Source of the DNA: Auanema rhodensis
Taxonomy: Eukaryota > Animalia > Nematoda
Length of the DNA stretch: 64,000 nucleotides
Assembly: GCA_964057225.1 (NCBI GenBank)
Contig: OZ059894.1
Location: forward strand, 22,754,001 to 22,818,000
Reading direction: 5' to 3'
In this document: positions 39,301 through 55,400 of the stretch, one piece after another
How the letters are laid out: the number at the start of each line of letters is the position of its first letter
How positions within the stretch are numbered: the stretch's first letter is position 1
Translations under genes and position numbers: made by a program
The notes under the pieces: model-generated
What the model saw: only the letters and a program-made list of their open reading frames with translations
Database searches by the model: none
Told to the model about the DNA's origin: nothing

Positions 39301-42300
39301 CATTTTTAAGCTAGCGCAAATCTGATAACACAGATCGACGCAGCTTAAAAATCCGCATCGAATGCACTATACTACATTGAGAAACGATTAATACAAAAAA
39401 TAGTTATGATCGTTTGAAAAATGATGCATTAGTGTATGTTGAGTTTCCATGTACACTCAACATTGCTTCCAAAAACATTTTGACAAAAATTTTTTCGAAA
39501 AATTTCAGAATAATTTAGCGAAAAGTAGATGTTTTTAGATTCCATTTTTCAAGGCAAAGACGATGGACAATGTTATTCAACGAAAAAATCAATTCTTCAG
39601 GGTGAAAATCGAGGATATAAGTGTGAACTTATATCAGTTGATATCTCGGTGCATTTTTAAGCTAGCGCAAATCTGATAACACAGATCGACGCAGCTTAAA
39701 AATCCGCATCGAATGCACTATACTACATTAAGAAACGCTTAATACAAAAATTAGTTATGATCGTTTGAAAAATGATGCATTAGTGTATGTTGAGTTTCCA
39801 TGTACACTCAACATTGCTTCCAAAAACATTTTGACAAAAATTTTTTCGAAAAATTTCAGAATAATTTAGCAAAAAGTAGATGTTTTTAGATTCCATTTTT
39901 CAAGGCAAAGACGATGGACAATGTTATTCAACGAAAAAATCAATTCTTCAGGGTGAAAATCGAGGATATAAGTGTGAACTTATATCAGTTGATATCTCGG
40001 TGCATTTTTAAGCTAGCGCAAATCTGATAACACAGATCGACGCAGCTTAAAAATCCGCATCGAATGCACTATACTACATTAAGAAACGCTTAATACAAAA
40101 ATTAGTTATGATCGTTTGAAAAATGATGCATTAGTGTATGTTGAGTTTCCATGTACACTCAACATTGCTTCCAAAAACATTTTGACAAAAATTTTTTCGA
40201 AAAATTTCAGAATAATTCAGCAAAAAGTAGATGATTTTAGATTCCATTTTTCAAGGCAAAGACGATGGACAATGTTATTCAACGAAAAAATCAATTCTTC
40301 AGGGTGAAAATCGAGGATATAAGTGTGAACTTATATCAGTTGATATCTCGGTGCATTTTTAAGCTAGCGCAGATCTGATAACACAGATCGACGCAGCTTA
40401 AAAATCCGCATCGAATGCACTATACTACATTGAGAAACGATTAATACAAAAAATAGTTATGATCGTTTGAAAAATGATGCATTAGTGTATGTTGAGTTTC
40501 CATGTACACTCAACATTGCTTCCAAAAACATTTTGACAAAAATTTTTTCGAAAAATTTCAGAATAATTTAGCAAAAAGTAGATGTTTTTAGATTCCATTT
40601 TTCAAGGCAAAGACGATGGACAATGTTATTCAACGAAAAAATCAATTCTTCAGGGTGAAAATCGAGGATATAAGTGTGAACTTATATCAGTTGATATCTC
40701 GGTGCATTTTTAAGCTAGCGCAAATCTGATAACACAGATCGACGCAGCTTAAAAATCCGCATCGAATGCACTATACTACATTAAGAAACGCTTAATACAA
40801 AAATTAGTTATGATCGTTTGAAAAATGATGCATTAGTGTATGTTGAGTTTCCATGTACACTCAACATTGCTTCCAAAAACATTTTGACAAAAATTTTTTC
40901 GAAAAATTTCAGAATAATTCAGCAAAAAGTAGATGATTTTAGATTCCATTTTTCAAGGCAAAGACGATGGACAATGTTATTCAACGAAAAAATCAATTCT
41001 TCAGGGTGAAAATCGAGGATATAAGTGTGAACTTATATCAGTTGATATCTCGGTGCATTTTTAAGCTAGCGCAGATCTGATAACACAGATCGACGCAGCT
41101 TAAAAATCCGCATCGAATGCACTATACTACATTGAGAAACGATTAATACAAAAAATAGTTATGATCGTTTGAAAAATGATGCATTAGTGTATGTTGAGTT
41201 TCCATGTACACTCAACATTGCTTCCAAAAACATTTTGACAAAAATTTTTTCGAAAAATTTCAGAATAATTTAGCAAAAAGTAGATGTTTTTAGATTCCAT
41301 TTTTCAAGGCAAAGACGATGGACAATGTTATTCAACGAAAAAATCAATTCTTCAGGGTGAAAATCGAGGATATAAGTGTGAACTTATATCAGTTGATATC
41401 TCGGTGCATTTTTAAGCTAGCGCAAATCTGATAACACAGATCGACGCAGCTTAACAATCCGCATCGAATGCACTATACAACATTGAAAAACGCTTAATAC
41501 AAAAATTAGTTATGATCGTTTGAAAAATGATGCATTGGTGTATGTTGAGTTTCCATGTACACTCAACATTGCTTCCAAAAACATTTTGACAAAAATTTTT
41601 TCGAAAAATTTCAGAATAATTCAGCAAAAAGTAGATGATTTTAGATTCCATTTTTCAAGGCAAAGACGATGGACAATGTTATTCAACGAAAAAATCAATT
41701 CTTCAGGGTGAAAATCGAGGATATAAGTGTGAACTTATATCAGTTGATATCTCGGTGCATTTTTAAGCTAGCGCAGATCTGATAACACAGATCGACGCAG
41801 CTTAAAAATCCGCATCGAATGCACTATACTACATTGAGAAACGATTAATACAAAAAATAGTTATGATCGTTTGAAAAATGATGCATTAGTGTATGTTGAG
41901 TTTCCATGTACACTCAACATTGCTTCCAAAAACATTTTGACAAAAATTTTTTCGAAAAATTTCAGAATAATTTAGCAAAAAGTAGATGTTTTTAGATTCC
42001 ATTTTTCAAGGCAAAGACGATGGACAATGTTATTCAACGAAAAAATCAATTCTTCAGGGTGAAAATCGAGGATATAAGTGTGAACTTATATCAGTTGATA
42101 TCTCGGTGCATTTTTAAGCTAGCGCAAATCTGATAACACAGATCGACGCAGCTTAACAATCCGCATCGAATGCACTATACAACATTGAAAAACGCTTAAT
42201 ACAAAAATTAGTTATGATCGTTTGAAAAATGATGCATTAGTGTATGTTGAGTTTCCATGTACACTCAACATTGCTTCCAAAAACATTTTGACAAAAATTT

Positions 42301-45300
42301 TTTCGAAAAATTTCAGAATAATTTAGCGAAAAGTAGATGTTTTTAGATTCCATTTTTCAAGGCAAAGACGATGGACAATGTTATTCAACGAAAAAATCAA
42401 TTCTTCAGGGTGAAAATCGAGGATATAAGTGTGAACTTATATCAGTTGATATCTCGGTGCATTTTTAAGCTAGCGCAAATCTGATAACACAGATCGACGC
42501 AGCTTAACAATCCGCATCGAATGCACTATACTACATTGAAAAACGCTTAATACAAAAATTAGTTATGATCGTTTGAAAAATGATGCATTAGTGTATGTTG
42601 AGTTTCCATGTACACTCAACATTGCTTCCAAAAACATTTTGACAAAAATTTTTTCGAAAAATTTCAGAATAATTTAGCAAAAAGTAGATGTTTTTAGATT
42701 CCATTTTTCAAGGCAAAGACGATGGACAATGTTATTCAACGAAAAAATCAATTCTTCAGGGTGAAAATCGAGGATATAAGTGTGAACTTATATCAGTTGA
42801 TATCTCGGTGCATTTTTAAGCTAGCGCAAATCTGATAACACAGATCGACGCAGCTTAAAAATCCGCATCGAATGCACTATACTACATTAAGAAACGCTTA
42901 ATACAAAAATTAGTTATGATCGTTTGAAAAATGATGCATTAGTGTATGTTGAGTTTCCATGTACACTCAACATTGCTTCCAAAAACATTTTGACAAAAAT
43001 TTTTTCGAAAAATTTCAGAATAATTCAGCAAAAAGTAGATGATTTTAGATTCCATTTTTCAAGGCAAAGACGATGGACAATGTTATTCAACGAAAAAATC
43101 AATTCTTCAGGGTGAAAATCGAGGATATAAGTGTGAACTTATATCAGTTGATATCTCGGTGCATTTTTAAGCTAGCGCAAATCTGATAACACAGATCGAC
43201 GCAGCTTAAAAATCCGCATCGAATGCACTATACTACATTGAGAAACGATTAATACAAAAAATAGTTATGATCGTTTGAAAAATGATGCATTAGTGTATGT
43301 TGAGTTTCCATGTACACTCAACATTGCTTCCAAAAACATTTTGACAAAAATTTTTTCGAAAAATTTCAGAATAATTTAGCAAAAAGTAGATGTTTTTAGA
43401 TTCCATTTTTCAAGGCAAAGACGATGGACAATGTTATTCAACGAAAAAATCAATTCTTCAGGGTGAAAATCGAGGATATAAGTGTGAACTTATATCAGTT
43501 GATATCTCGGTGCATTTTTAAGCTAGCGCAAATCTGATAACACAGATCGACGCAGCTTAACAATCCGCATCGAATGCACTATACTACATTGAAAAACGCT
43601 TAATACAAAAATTAGTTATGATCGTTTGAAAAATGATGCATTAGTGTATGTTGAGTTTCCATGTACACTCAACATTGCTTCCAAAAACATTTTGACAAAA
43701 ATTTTTTCGAAAAATTTCAGAATAATTTAGCAAAAAGTAGATGTTTTTAGATTCCATTTTTCAAGGCAAAGACGATGGACAATGTTATTCAACGAAAAAA
43801 TCAATTCTTCAGGGTGAAAATCGAGGATATAAGTGTGAACTTATATCAGTTGATATCTCGGTGCATTTTTAAGCTAGCGCAAATCTGATAACACAGATCG
43901 ACGCAGCTTAACAATCCGCATCGAATGCACTATACTACATTGAAAAACGCTTAATACAAAAATTAGTTATGATCGTTTGAAAAATGATGCATTAGTGTAT
44001 GTTGAGTTTCCATGTACACTCAACATTGCTTCCAAAAACATTTTGACAAAAATTTTTTCGAAAAATTTCAGAATAATTTAGCAAAAAGTAGATGTTTTTA
44101 GATTCCATTTTTCAAGGCAAAGACGATGGACAATGTTATTCAACGAAAAAATCAATTCTTCAGGGTGAAAATCGAGGATATAAGTGTGAACTTATATCAG
44201 TTGATATCTCGGTGCATTTTTAAGCTAGCGCAAATCTGATAACACAGATCGACGCAGCTTAAAAATCCGCATCGAATGCACTATACTACATTGAGAAACG
44301 ATTAATACAAAAAATAGTTATGATCGTTTGAAAAATGATGCATTAGTGTATGTTGAGTTTCCATGTACACTCAACATTGCTTCCAAAAACATTTTGACAA
44401 AAATTTTTTCGAAAAATTTCAGAATAATTTAGCGAAAAGTAGATGTTTTTAGATTCCATTTTTCAAGGCAAAGACGATGGACAATGTTATTCAACGAAAA
44501 AATCAATTCTTCAGGGTGAAAATCGAGGATATAAGTGTGAACTTATATCAGTTGATATCTCGGTGCATTTTTAAGCTAGCGCAAATCTGATAACACAGAT
44601 CGACGCAGCTTAAAAATCCGCATCGAATGCACTATACTACATTAAGAAACGCTTAATACAAAAATTAGTTATGATCGTTTGAAAAATGATGCATTAGTGT
44701 ATGTTGAGTTTCCATGTACACTCAACATTGCTTCCAAAAACATTTTGACAAAAATTTTTTCGAAAAATTTCAGAATAATTTAGCAAAAAGTAGATGTTTT
44801 TAGATTCCTTTTTTCAAGGCAAAGACGATGGACAATGTTATTCAACGAAAAAATCAATTCTTCAGGGTGAAAATCGAGGATATAAGTGTGAACTTATATC
44901 AGTTGATATCTCGGTGCATTTTTAAGCTAGCGCAAATCTGATAACACAGATCGACGCAGCTTAAAAATCCGCATCGAATGCACTATACTACATTGAGAAA
45001 CGATTAATACAAAAAATAGTTATGATCGTTTGAAAAATGATGCATTAGTGTATGTTGAGTTTCCATGTACACTCAACATTGCTTCCAAAAACATTTTGAC
45101 AAAAATTTTTTCGAAAAATTTCAGAATAATTTAGCAAAAAGTAGATGTTTTTAGATTCCATTTTTCAAGGCAAAGACGATGGACAATGTTATTCAACGAA
45201 AAAATCAATTCTTCAGGGTGAAAATCGAGGATATAAGTGTGAACTTATATCAGTTGATATCTCGGTGCATTTTTAAGCTAGCGCAAATCTGATAACACAG

Positions 45301-46415
45301 ATCGACGCAGCTTAAAAATCCGCATCGAATGCACTATACTACATTGAGAAACGATTAATACAAAAAATAGTTATGATCGTTTGAAAAATGATGCATTAGT
45401 GTATGTTGAGTTTCCATGTACACTCAACATTGCTTCCAAAAACATTTTGACAAAAATTTTTTCGAAAAATTTCAGAATAATTTAGCGAAAAGTAGATGTT
45501 TTTAGATTCCATTTTTCAAGGCAAAGACGATGGACAATGTTATTCAACGAAAAAATCAATTCTTCAGGGTGAAAATCGAGGATATAAGTGTGAACTTATA
45601 TCAGTTGATATCTCGGTGCATTTTTAAGCTAGCGCAAATCTGATAACACAGATCGACGCAGCTTAAAAATCCGCATCGAATGCACTATACTACATTAAGA
45701 AACGCTTAATACAAAAATTAGTTATGATCGTTTGAAAAATGATGCATTAGTGTATGTTGAGTTTCCATGTACACTCAACATTGCTTCCAAAAACATTTTG
45801 ACAAAAATTTTTTCGAAAAATTTCAGAATAATTTAGCAAAAAGTAGATGTTTTTAGATTCCTTTTTTCAAGGCAAAGACGATGGACAATGTTATTCAACG
45901 AAAAAATCAATTCTTCAGGGTGAAAATCGAGGATATAAGTGTGAACTTATATCAGTTGATATCTCGGTGCATTTTTAAGCTAGCGCAAATCTGATAACAC
46001 AGATCGACGCAGCTTAAAAATCCGCATCGAATGCACTATACTACATTGAGAAACGATTAATACAAAAAATAGTTATGATCGTTTGAAAAATGATGCATTA
46101 GTGTATGTTGAGTTTCCATGTACACTCAACATTGCTTCCAAAAACATTTTGACAAAAATTTTTTCGAAAAATTTCAGAATAATTTAGCAAAAAGTAGATG
46201 TTTTTAGATTCCATTTTTCAAGGCAAAGACGATGGACAATGTTATTCAACGAAAAAATCAATTCTTCAGGGTGAAAATCGAGGATATAAGTGTGAACTTA
46301 TATCAGTTGATATCTCGGTGCATTTTTAAGCTAGCGCAAATCTGATAACACAGATCGACGCAGCTTAACAATCCGCATCGAATGCACTATACTACATTGA
46401 AAAACGCTTAATACA

Positions 46416-49400
46416 AAAATTAGTTATGATCGTTTGAAAAATGATGCATTAGTGTATGTTGAGTTTCCATGTACACTCAACATTGCTTCCAAAAACATTT
46501 TGACAAAAATTTTTTCGAAAAATTTCAGAATAATTTAGCAAAAAGTAGATGTTTTTAGATTCCATTTTTCAAGGCAAAGACGATGGACAATGTTATTCAA
46601 CGAAAAAATCAATTCTTCAGGGTGAAAATCGAGGATATAAGTGTGAACTTATATCAGTTGATATCTCGGTGCATTTTTAAGCTAGCGCAAATCTGATAAC
46701 ACAGATCGACGCAGCTTAACAATCCGCATCGAATGCACTATACTACATTGAAAAACGCTTAATACAAAAATTAGTTATGATCGTTTGAAAAATGATGCAT
46801 TAGTGTATGTTGAGTTTCCATGTACACTCAACATTGCTTCCAAAAACATTTTGACAAAAATTTTTTCGAAAAATTTCAGAATAATTTAGCAAAAAGTAGA
46901 TGTTTTTAGATTCCATTTTTCAAGGCAAAGACGATGGACAATGTTATTCAACGAAAAAATCAATTCTTCAGGGTGAAAATCGAGGATATAAGTGTGAACT
47001 TATATCAGTTGATATCTCGGTGCATTTTTAAGCTAGCGCAAATCTGATAACACAGATCGACGCAGCTTAAAAATCCGCATCGAATGCACTATACTACATT
47101 GAGAAACGATTAATACAAAAAATAGTTATGATCGTTTGAAAAATGATGCATTAGTGTATGTTGAGTTTCCATGTACACTCAACATTGCTTCCAAAAACAT
47201 TTTGACAAAAATTTTTTCGAAAAATTTCAGAATAATTTAGCGAAAAGTAGATGTTTTTAGATTCCATTTTTCAAGGCAAAGACGATGGACAATGTTATTC
47301 AACGAAAAAATCAATTCTTCAGGGTGAAAATCGAGGATATAAGTGTGAACTTATATCAGTTGATATCTCGGTGCATTTTTAAGCTAGCGCAAATCTGATA
47401 ACACAGATCGACGCAGCTTAAAAATCCGCATCGAATGCACTATACTACATTAAGAAACGCTTAATACAAAAATTAGTTATGATCGTTTGAAAAATGATGC
47501 ATTAGTGTATGTTGAGTTTCCATGTACACTCAACATTGCTTCCAAAAACATTTTGACAAAAATTTTTTCGAAAAATTTCAGAATAATTTAGCAAAAAGTA
47601 GATGTTTTTAGATTCCATTTTTCAAGGCAAAGACGATGGACAATGTTATTCAACGAAAAAATCAATTCTTCAGGGTGAAAATCGAGGATATAAGTGTGAA
47701 CTTATATCAGTTGATATCTCGGTGCATTTTTAAGCTAGCGCAAATCTGATAACACAGATCGACGCAGCTTAAAAATCCGCATCGAATGCACTATACTACA
47801 TTGAGAAACGATTAATACAAAAAATAGTTATGATCGTTTGAAAAATGATGCATTAGTGTATGTTGAGTTTCCATGTACACTCAACATTGCTTCCAAAAAC
47901 ATTTTGACAAAAATTTTTTCGAAAAATTTCAGAATAATTTAGCGAAAAGTAGATGTTTTTAGATTCCATTTTTCAAGGCAAAGACGATGGACAATGTTAT
48001 TCAACGAAAAAATCAATTCTTCAGGGTGAAAATCGAGGATATAAGTGTGAACTTATATCAGTTGATATCTCGGTGCATTTTTAAGCTAGCGCAAATCTGA
48101 TAACACAGATCGACGCAGCTTAAAAATCCGCATCGAATGCACTATACTACATTAAGAAACGCTTATTACAAAAATTAGTTATGATCGTTTGAAAAATGAT
48201 GCATTAGTGTATGTTGAGTTTCCATGTACACTCAACATTGCTTCCAAAAACATTTTGACAAAAATTTTTTCGAAAAATTTCAGAATAATTCAGCAAAAAG
48301 TAGATGATTTTAGATTCCATTTTTCAAGGCAAAGGCGATGGACAATGTTATTCAACGAAAAAATCAATTCTTCAGGGTGAAAATCGAGGATATAAGTGTG
48401 AACTTATATCAGTTGATATCTCGGTGCATTTTTAAGCTAGCGCAAATCTGATAACACAGATCGACGCAGCTTAAAAATCCGCATCGCATGCACTATACTA
48501 CATTGAGAAACGATTAATACAAAAAATAGTTATGATCGTTTGAAAAATGATGCATTAGTGTATGTTGAGTTTCCATGTACACTCAACATTGCTTCCAAAA
48601 ACATTTTGACAAAAATTTTTTCGAAAAATTTCTGAATAATTTAGCAAAAAGTAGATGTTTTTAGATTCCATTTTTCAAGGCAAAGACGATGGACAATGTT
48701 ATTCAACGAAAAAATCAATTCTTCAGGGTGAAAATCGAGGATATAAGTGTGAACTTATATCAGTTGATATCTCGGTGCATTTTTAAGCTAGCGCAAATCT
48801 GATAACACAGATCGACGCAGCTTAACAATCCGCATCGAATGCACTATACTACATTGAAAAACGCTTAATACAAAAATTAGTTATGATCGTTTGAAAAATG
48901 ATGCATTAGTGTATGTTGAGTTTCCATGTACACTCAACATTGCTTCCAAAAACATTTTGACAAAAATTTTTTCGAAAAATTTCAGAATAATTTAGCAAAA
49001 AGTAGATGTTTTTAGATTCCATTTTTCAAGGCAAAGACGATGGACAATGTTATTCAACGAAAAAATCAATTCTTCAGGGTGAAAATCGAGGATATAAGTG
49101 TGAACTTATATCAGGTGATATCTCGGTGCATTTTTAAGCTAGCGCAAATCTGATAACACAGATCGACGCAGCTTAAAAATCCGCATCGAATGCACTATAC
49201 TACATTGAGAAACGATTAATACAAAAAATAGTTATGATCGTTTGAAAAATGATGCATTAGTGTATGTTGAGTTTCCATGTACACTCAACATTGCTTCCAA
49301 AAACATTTTGACAAAAATTTTTTCGAAAAATTTCAGAATAATTTAGCGAAAAGTAGATGTTTTTAAATTCCATTTTTCAAGGCAAAGACGATGGACAATG

Positions 49401-52400
49401 TTATTCAACGAAAAAATCAATTCTTCAGGGTGAAAATCGAGGATATAAGTGTGAACTTATATCAGTTGATATCTCGGTGCATTTTTAAGCTAGCGCAAAT
49501 CTGATAACACAGATCGACGCAGCTTAAAAATCCGCATCGAATGCACTATACTACATTAAGAAACGCTTAATACAAAAATTAGTTATGATCGTTTGAAAAA
49601 TGATGCATTAGTGTATGTTGAGTTTCCATGTACACTCAACATTGCTTCCAAAAACATTTTGACAAAAATTTTTTCGAAAAATTTCAGAATAATTCAGCAA
49701 AAAGTAGATGATTTTAGATTCCATTTTTCAAGGCAAAGACGATGGACAATGTTATTCAACGAAAAAATCAATTCTTCAGGGTGAAAATCGAGGATATAAG
49801 TGTGAACTTATATCAGTTGATATCTCGGTGCATTTTTAAGCTAGCGCAAATCTGATAACACAGATCGACGCAGCTTAAAAATCCGCATCGAATGCACTAT
49901 ACTACATTAAGAAACGCTTAATACAAAAATTAGTTATGATCGTTTGAAAAATGATGCATTAGTGTATGTTGAGTTTCCATGTACACTCAACATTGCTTCC
50001 AAAAACATTTTGACAAAAATTTTTTCGAAAAATTTCAGAATAATTCAGCAAAAAGTAGATGATTTTAGATTCCATTTTTCAAGGCAAAGACGATGGACAA
50101 TGTTATTCAACGAAAAAATCAATTCTTCAGGGTGAAAATCGAGGATATAAGTGTGAACTTATATCAGTTGATATCTCGGTGCATTTTTAAGCTAGCGCAA
50201 ATCTGATAACACAGATCGACGCAGCTTAAAAATCCGCATCGAATGCACTATACTACATTGAGAAACGATTAATACAAAAAATAGTTATGATCGTTTGAAA
50301 AATGATGCATTAGTGTATGTTGAGTTTCCATGTACACTCAACATTGCTTCCAAAAACATTTTGACAAAAATTTTTTCGAAAAATTTCAGAATAATTTAGC
50401 AAAAAGTAGATGTTTTTAGATTCCATTTTTCAAGGCAAAGACGATGGACAATGTTATTCAACGAAAAAATCAATTCTTCAGGGTGAAAATCGAGGATATA
50501 AGTGTGAACTTATATCAGTTGATATCTCGGTGCATTTTTAAGCTAGCGCAAATCTGATAACACAGATCGACGCAGCTTAAAAATCCGCATCGAATGCACT
50601 ATACTACATTGAGAAACGATTAATACAAAAAATAGTTATGATCGTTTGAAAAATGATGCATTAGTGTATGTTGAGTTTCCATGTACACTCAACATTGCTT
50701 CCAAAAACATTTTGACAAAAATGTTTTCGAAAAATTTCAGAATAATTTAGCAAAAAGTAGATGTTTTTAGATTCCATTTTTCAAGGCAAAGACGATGGAC
50801 AATGTTATTCAACGAAAAAATCAATTCTTCAGGGTGAAAATCGAGGATATAAGTGTGAACTTATATCAGTTGATATCTCGGTGCATTTTTAAGCTAGCGC
50901 AAATCTGATAACACAGATCGACGCAGCTTAAAAATCCGCATCGAATGCACTATACTACATTAAGAAACGCTTAATACAAAAATTAGTTATGATCGTTTGA
51001 AAAATGATGCATTAGTGTATGTTGAGTTTCCATGTACACTCAACATTGCTTCCAAAAACATTTTGACAAAAATTTTTTCGAAAAATTTCAGAATAATTCA
51101 GCAAAAAGTAGATGATTTTAGATTTCATTTTTCAAGGCAAAGACGATGAATAATGTTATTCAACGAAAAAATTAATTCTTCAGGGTGAAAATCGAGGATA
51201 TAAGTGTGAACTTATATCAGTTGATATCTCGGTGCATTTTTAAGCTAGCGCAAATCTGATAACACAGATCGACGCAGCTTAAAAATCCGCATCGAATGCA
51301 CTATACTACATTAAGAAACGCTTAATACAAAAATTAGTTATGATCGTTTGAAAAATGATGCATTAGTGTATGTTGAGTTTCCATGTACACTCAACATTGC
51401 TTCCAAAAACATTTTGACAAAAATTTTTTCGAAAAATTTCAGAATAATTTAGCAAAAAGTAGATGTTTTTAGATTCCATTTTTCAAGGCAAAGACGATGG
51501 ACAATGTTATTCAACGAAAAAATCAATTCTTCAGGGTGAAAATCGAGGATATAAGTGTGAACTTATATCAGTTGATATCTCGGTGCATTTTTAAGCTAGC
51601 GCAAATCTGATAACACAGATCGACGCAGCTTAAAAATCCGCATCGAATGCACTATACTACATTGAGAAACGATTAATACAAAAAATAGTTATGATCGTTT
51701 GAAAAATGATGCATTAGTGTATGTTGAGTTTCCATGTACACTCAACATTGCTTCCAAAAACATTTTGACAAAAATGTTTTCGAAAAATTTCAGAATAATT
51801 TAGCAAAAAGTAGATGTTTTTAGATTCCATTTTTCAAGGCAAAGACGATGGACAATGTTATTCAACGAAAAAATCAATTCTTCAGGGTGAAAATCGAGGA
51901 TATAAGTGTGAACTTATATCAGTTGATATCTCGGTGCATTTTTAAGCTAGCGCAAATCTGATAACACAGATCGACGCAGCTTAAAAATCCGCATCGAATG
52001 CACTATACTACATTAAGAAACGCTTAATACAAAAATTAGTTATGATCGTTTGAAAAATGATGCATTAGTGTATGTTGAGTTTCCATGTACACTCAACATT
52101 GCTTCCAAAAACATTTTGACAAAAATTTTTTCGAAAAATTTCAGAATAATTCAGCAAAAAGTAGATGATTTTAGATTTCATTTTTCAAGGCAAAGACGAT
52201 GAATAATGTTATTCAACGAAAAAATTAATTCTTCAGGGTGAAAATCGAGGATATAAGTGTGAACTTATATCAGTTGATATCTCGGTGCATTTTTAAGCTA
52301 GCGCAAATCTGATAACACAGATCGACGCAGCTTAAAAATCCGCATCGAATGCACTATACTACATTAAGAAACGCTTAATACAAAAATTAGTTATGATCGT

Positions 52401-55400
52401 TTGAAAAATGATGCATTAGTGTATGTTGAGTTTCCATGTACACTCAACATTGCTTCCAAAAACATTTTGACAAAAATTTTTTCGAAAAATTTCAGAATAA
52501 TTTAGCAAAAGTAGATGTTTTTAGATTCCATTTTTCAAGGCAAAGACGATGGACAATGTTATTCAACGAAAAAATCAATTCTTCAGGGTGAAAATCGAGG
52601 ATATAAGTGTGAACTTATATCAGTTGATATCTCGGTGCATTTTTAAGCTAGCGCAAATCTGATAACACAGATCGACGCAGCTTAAAAATCCGCATCGAAT
52701 GCACTATACTACATTGAGAAACGATTAATACAAAAAATAGTTATGATCGTTTGAAAAATGATGCATTAGTGTATGTTGAGTTTCCATGTACACTCAACAT
52801 TGCTTCCAAAAACATTTTGACAAAAATTTTTTCGAAAAATTTCAGAATAATTTAGCAAAAAGTAGATGTTTTTAGATTCCATTTTTCAAGGCAAAGACGA
52901 TGGACAATGTTATTCAACGAAAAAATCAATTCTTCAGGGTGAAAATCGAGGATATAAGTGTGAACTTATATCAGTTGATATCTCGGTGCATTTTTAAGCT
53001 AGCGCAAATCTGATAACACAGATCGACGCAGCTTAAAAATCCGCATCGAATGCACTATACTACATTAAGAAACGCTTAATACAAAAATTAGTTATGATCG
53101 TTTGAAAAATGATGCATTAGTGTATGTTGAGTTTCCATGTACACTCAACATTGCTTCCAAAAACATTTTGACAAAAATTTTTTCGAAAAATTTCAGAATA
53201 ATTCAGCAAAAAGTAGATGATTTTAGATTCCATTTTTCAAGGCAAAGACGATGGACAATGTTATTCAACGAAAAAATCAATTCTTCAGGGTGAAAATCGA
53301 GGATATAAGTGTGAACTTATATCAGTTGATATCTCGGTGCATTTTTAAGCTAGCGCAAATCTGATAACACAGATCGACGTAGCTTAAAAATCCGCATCGA
53401 ATGCACTATACTACATTGAGAAACGATTAATACAAAAAATAGTTATGATCGTTTGAAAAATGATGCATTAGTGTATGTTGAGTTTCCATGTACACTCAAC
53501 ATTGCTTCCAAAAACATTTTGACAAAAATTTTTTCGAAAAATTTCAGAATAATTTAGCAAAAAGTAGATGTTTTTAGATTCCATTTTTCAAGGCAAAGAC
53601 GATGGACAATGTTATTCAACGAAAAAATCAATTCTTCAGGGTGAAAATCGAGGATATAAGTGTGAACTTATATCAGTTGATATCTCGGTGCATTTTTAAG
53701 CTAGCGCAAATCTGATAACACAGATCGACGCAGCTTAAAAATCCGCATCGAATGCACTATACTACATTGAGAAACGATTAATACAAAAAATAGTTATGAT
53801 CGTTTGAAAAATGATGCATTAGTGTATGTTGAGTTTCCATGTACACTCAACATTGCTTCCAAAAACATTTTGACAAAAATGTTTTCGAAAAATTTCAGAA
53901 TAATTTAGCAAAAAGTAGATGTTTTTAGATTCCATTTTTCAAGGCAAAGACGATGGACAATGTTATTCAACGAAAAAATCAATTCTTCAGGGTGAAAATC
54001 GAGGATATAAGTGTGAACTTATATCAGTTGATATCTCGGTGCATTTTTAAGCTAGCGCAAATCTGATAACACAGATCGACGCAGCTTAAAAATCCGCATC
54101 GAATGCACTATACTACATTAAGAAACGCTTAATACAAAAATTAGTTATGATCGTTTGAAAAATGATGCATTAGTGTATGTTGAGTTTCCATGTACACTCA
54201 ACATTGCTTCCAAAAACATTTTGACAAAAATTTTTTCGAAAAATTTCAGAATAATTCAGCAAAAAGTAGATGATTTTAGATTTCATTTTTCAAGGCAAAG
54301 ACGATGAATAATGTTATTCAACGAAAAAATTAATTCTTCAGGGTGAAAATCGAGGATATAAGTGTGAACTTATATCAGTTGATATCTCGGTGCATTTTTA
54401 AGCTAGCGCAAATCTGATAACACAGATCGACGCAGCTTAAAAATCCGCATCGAATGCACTATACTACATTAAGAAACGCTTAATACAAAAATTAGTTATG
54501 ATCGTTTGAAAAATGATGCATTAGTGTATGTTGAGTTTCCATGTACACTCAACATTGCTTCCAAAAACATTTTGACAAAAATTTTTTCGAAAAATTTCAG
54601 AATAATTTAGCAAAAAGTAGATGTTTTTAGATTCCATTTTTCAAGGCAAAGACGATGGACAATGTTATTCAACGAAAAAATCAATTCTTCAGGGTGAAAA
54701 TCGAGGATATAAGTGTGAACTTATATCAGTTGATATCTCGGTGCATTTTTAAGCTAGCGCAAATCTGATAACACAGATCGACGCAGCTTAACAATCCGCA
54801 TCGAATGCACTATACTACATTGAAAAACGCTTAATACAAAAATTAGTTATGATCGTTTGAAAAATGATGCATTAGTGTATGTTGAGTTTCCATGTACACT
54901 CAACATTGCTTCCAAAAACATTTTGACAAAAATTTTTTCGAAAAATTTCAGAATAATTTAGCAAAAAGTAGATGTTTTTAGATTCCATTTTTCAAGGCAA
55001 AGACGATGGACAATGTTATTCAACGAAAAAATCAATTCTTCAGGGTGAAAATCGAGGATATAAGTGTGAACTTATATCAGTTGATATCTCGGTGCATTTT
55101 TAAGCTAGCGCAAATCTGATAACACAGATCGACGCAGCTTAAAAATCCGCATCGAATGCACTATACTACATTGAGAAACGATTAATACAAAAAATAGTTA
55201 TGATCGTTTGAAAAATGATGCATTAGTGTATGTTGAGTTTCCATGTACACTCAACATTGCTTCCAAAAACATTTTGACAAAAATTTTTTCGAAAAATTTC
55301 AGAATAATTTAGCGAAAAGTAGATGTTTTTAGATTCCATTTTTCAAGGCAAAGACGATGGACAATGTTATTCAACGAAAAAATCAATTCTTCAGGGTGAA

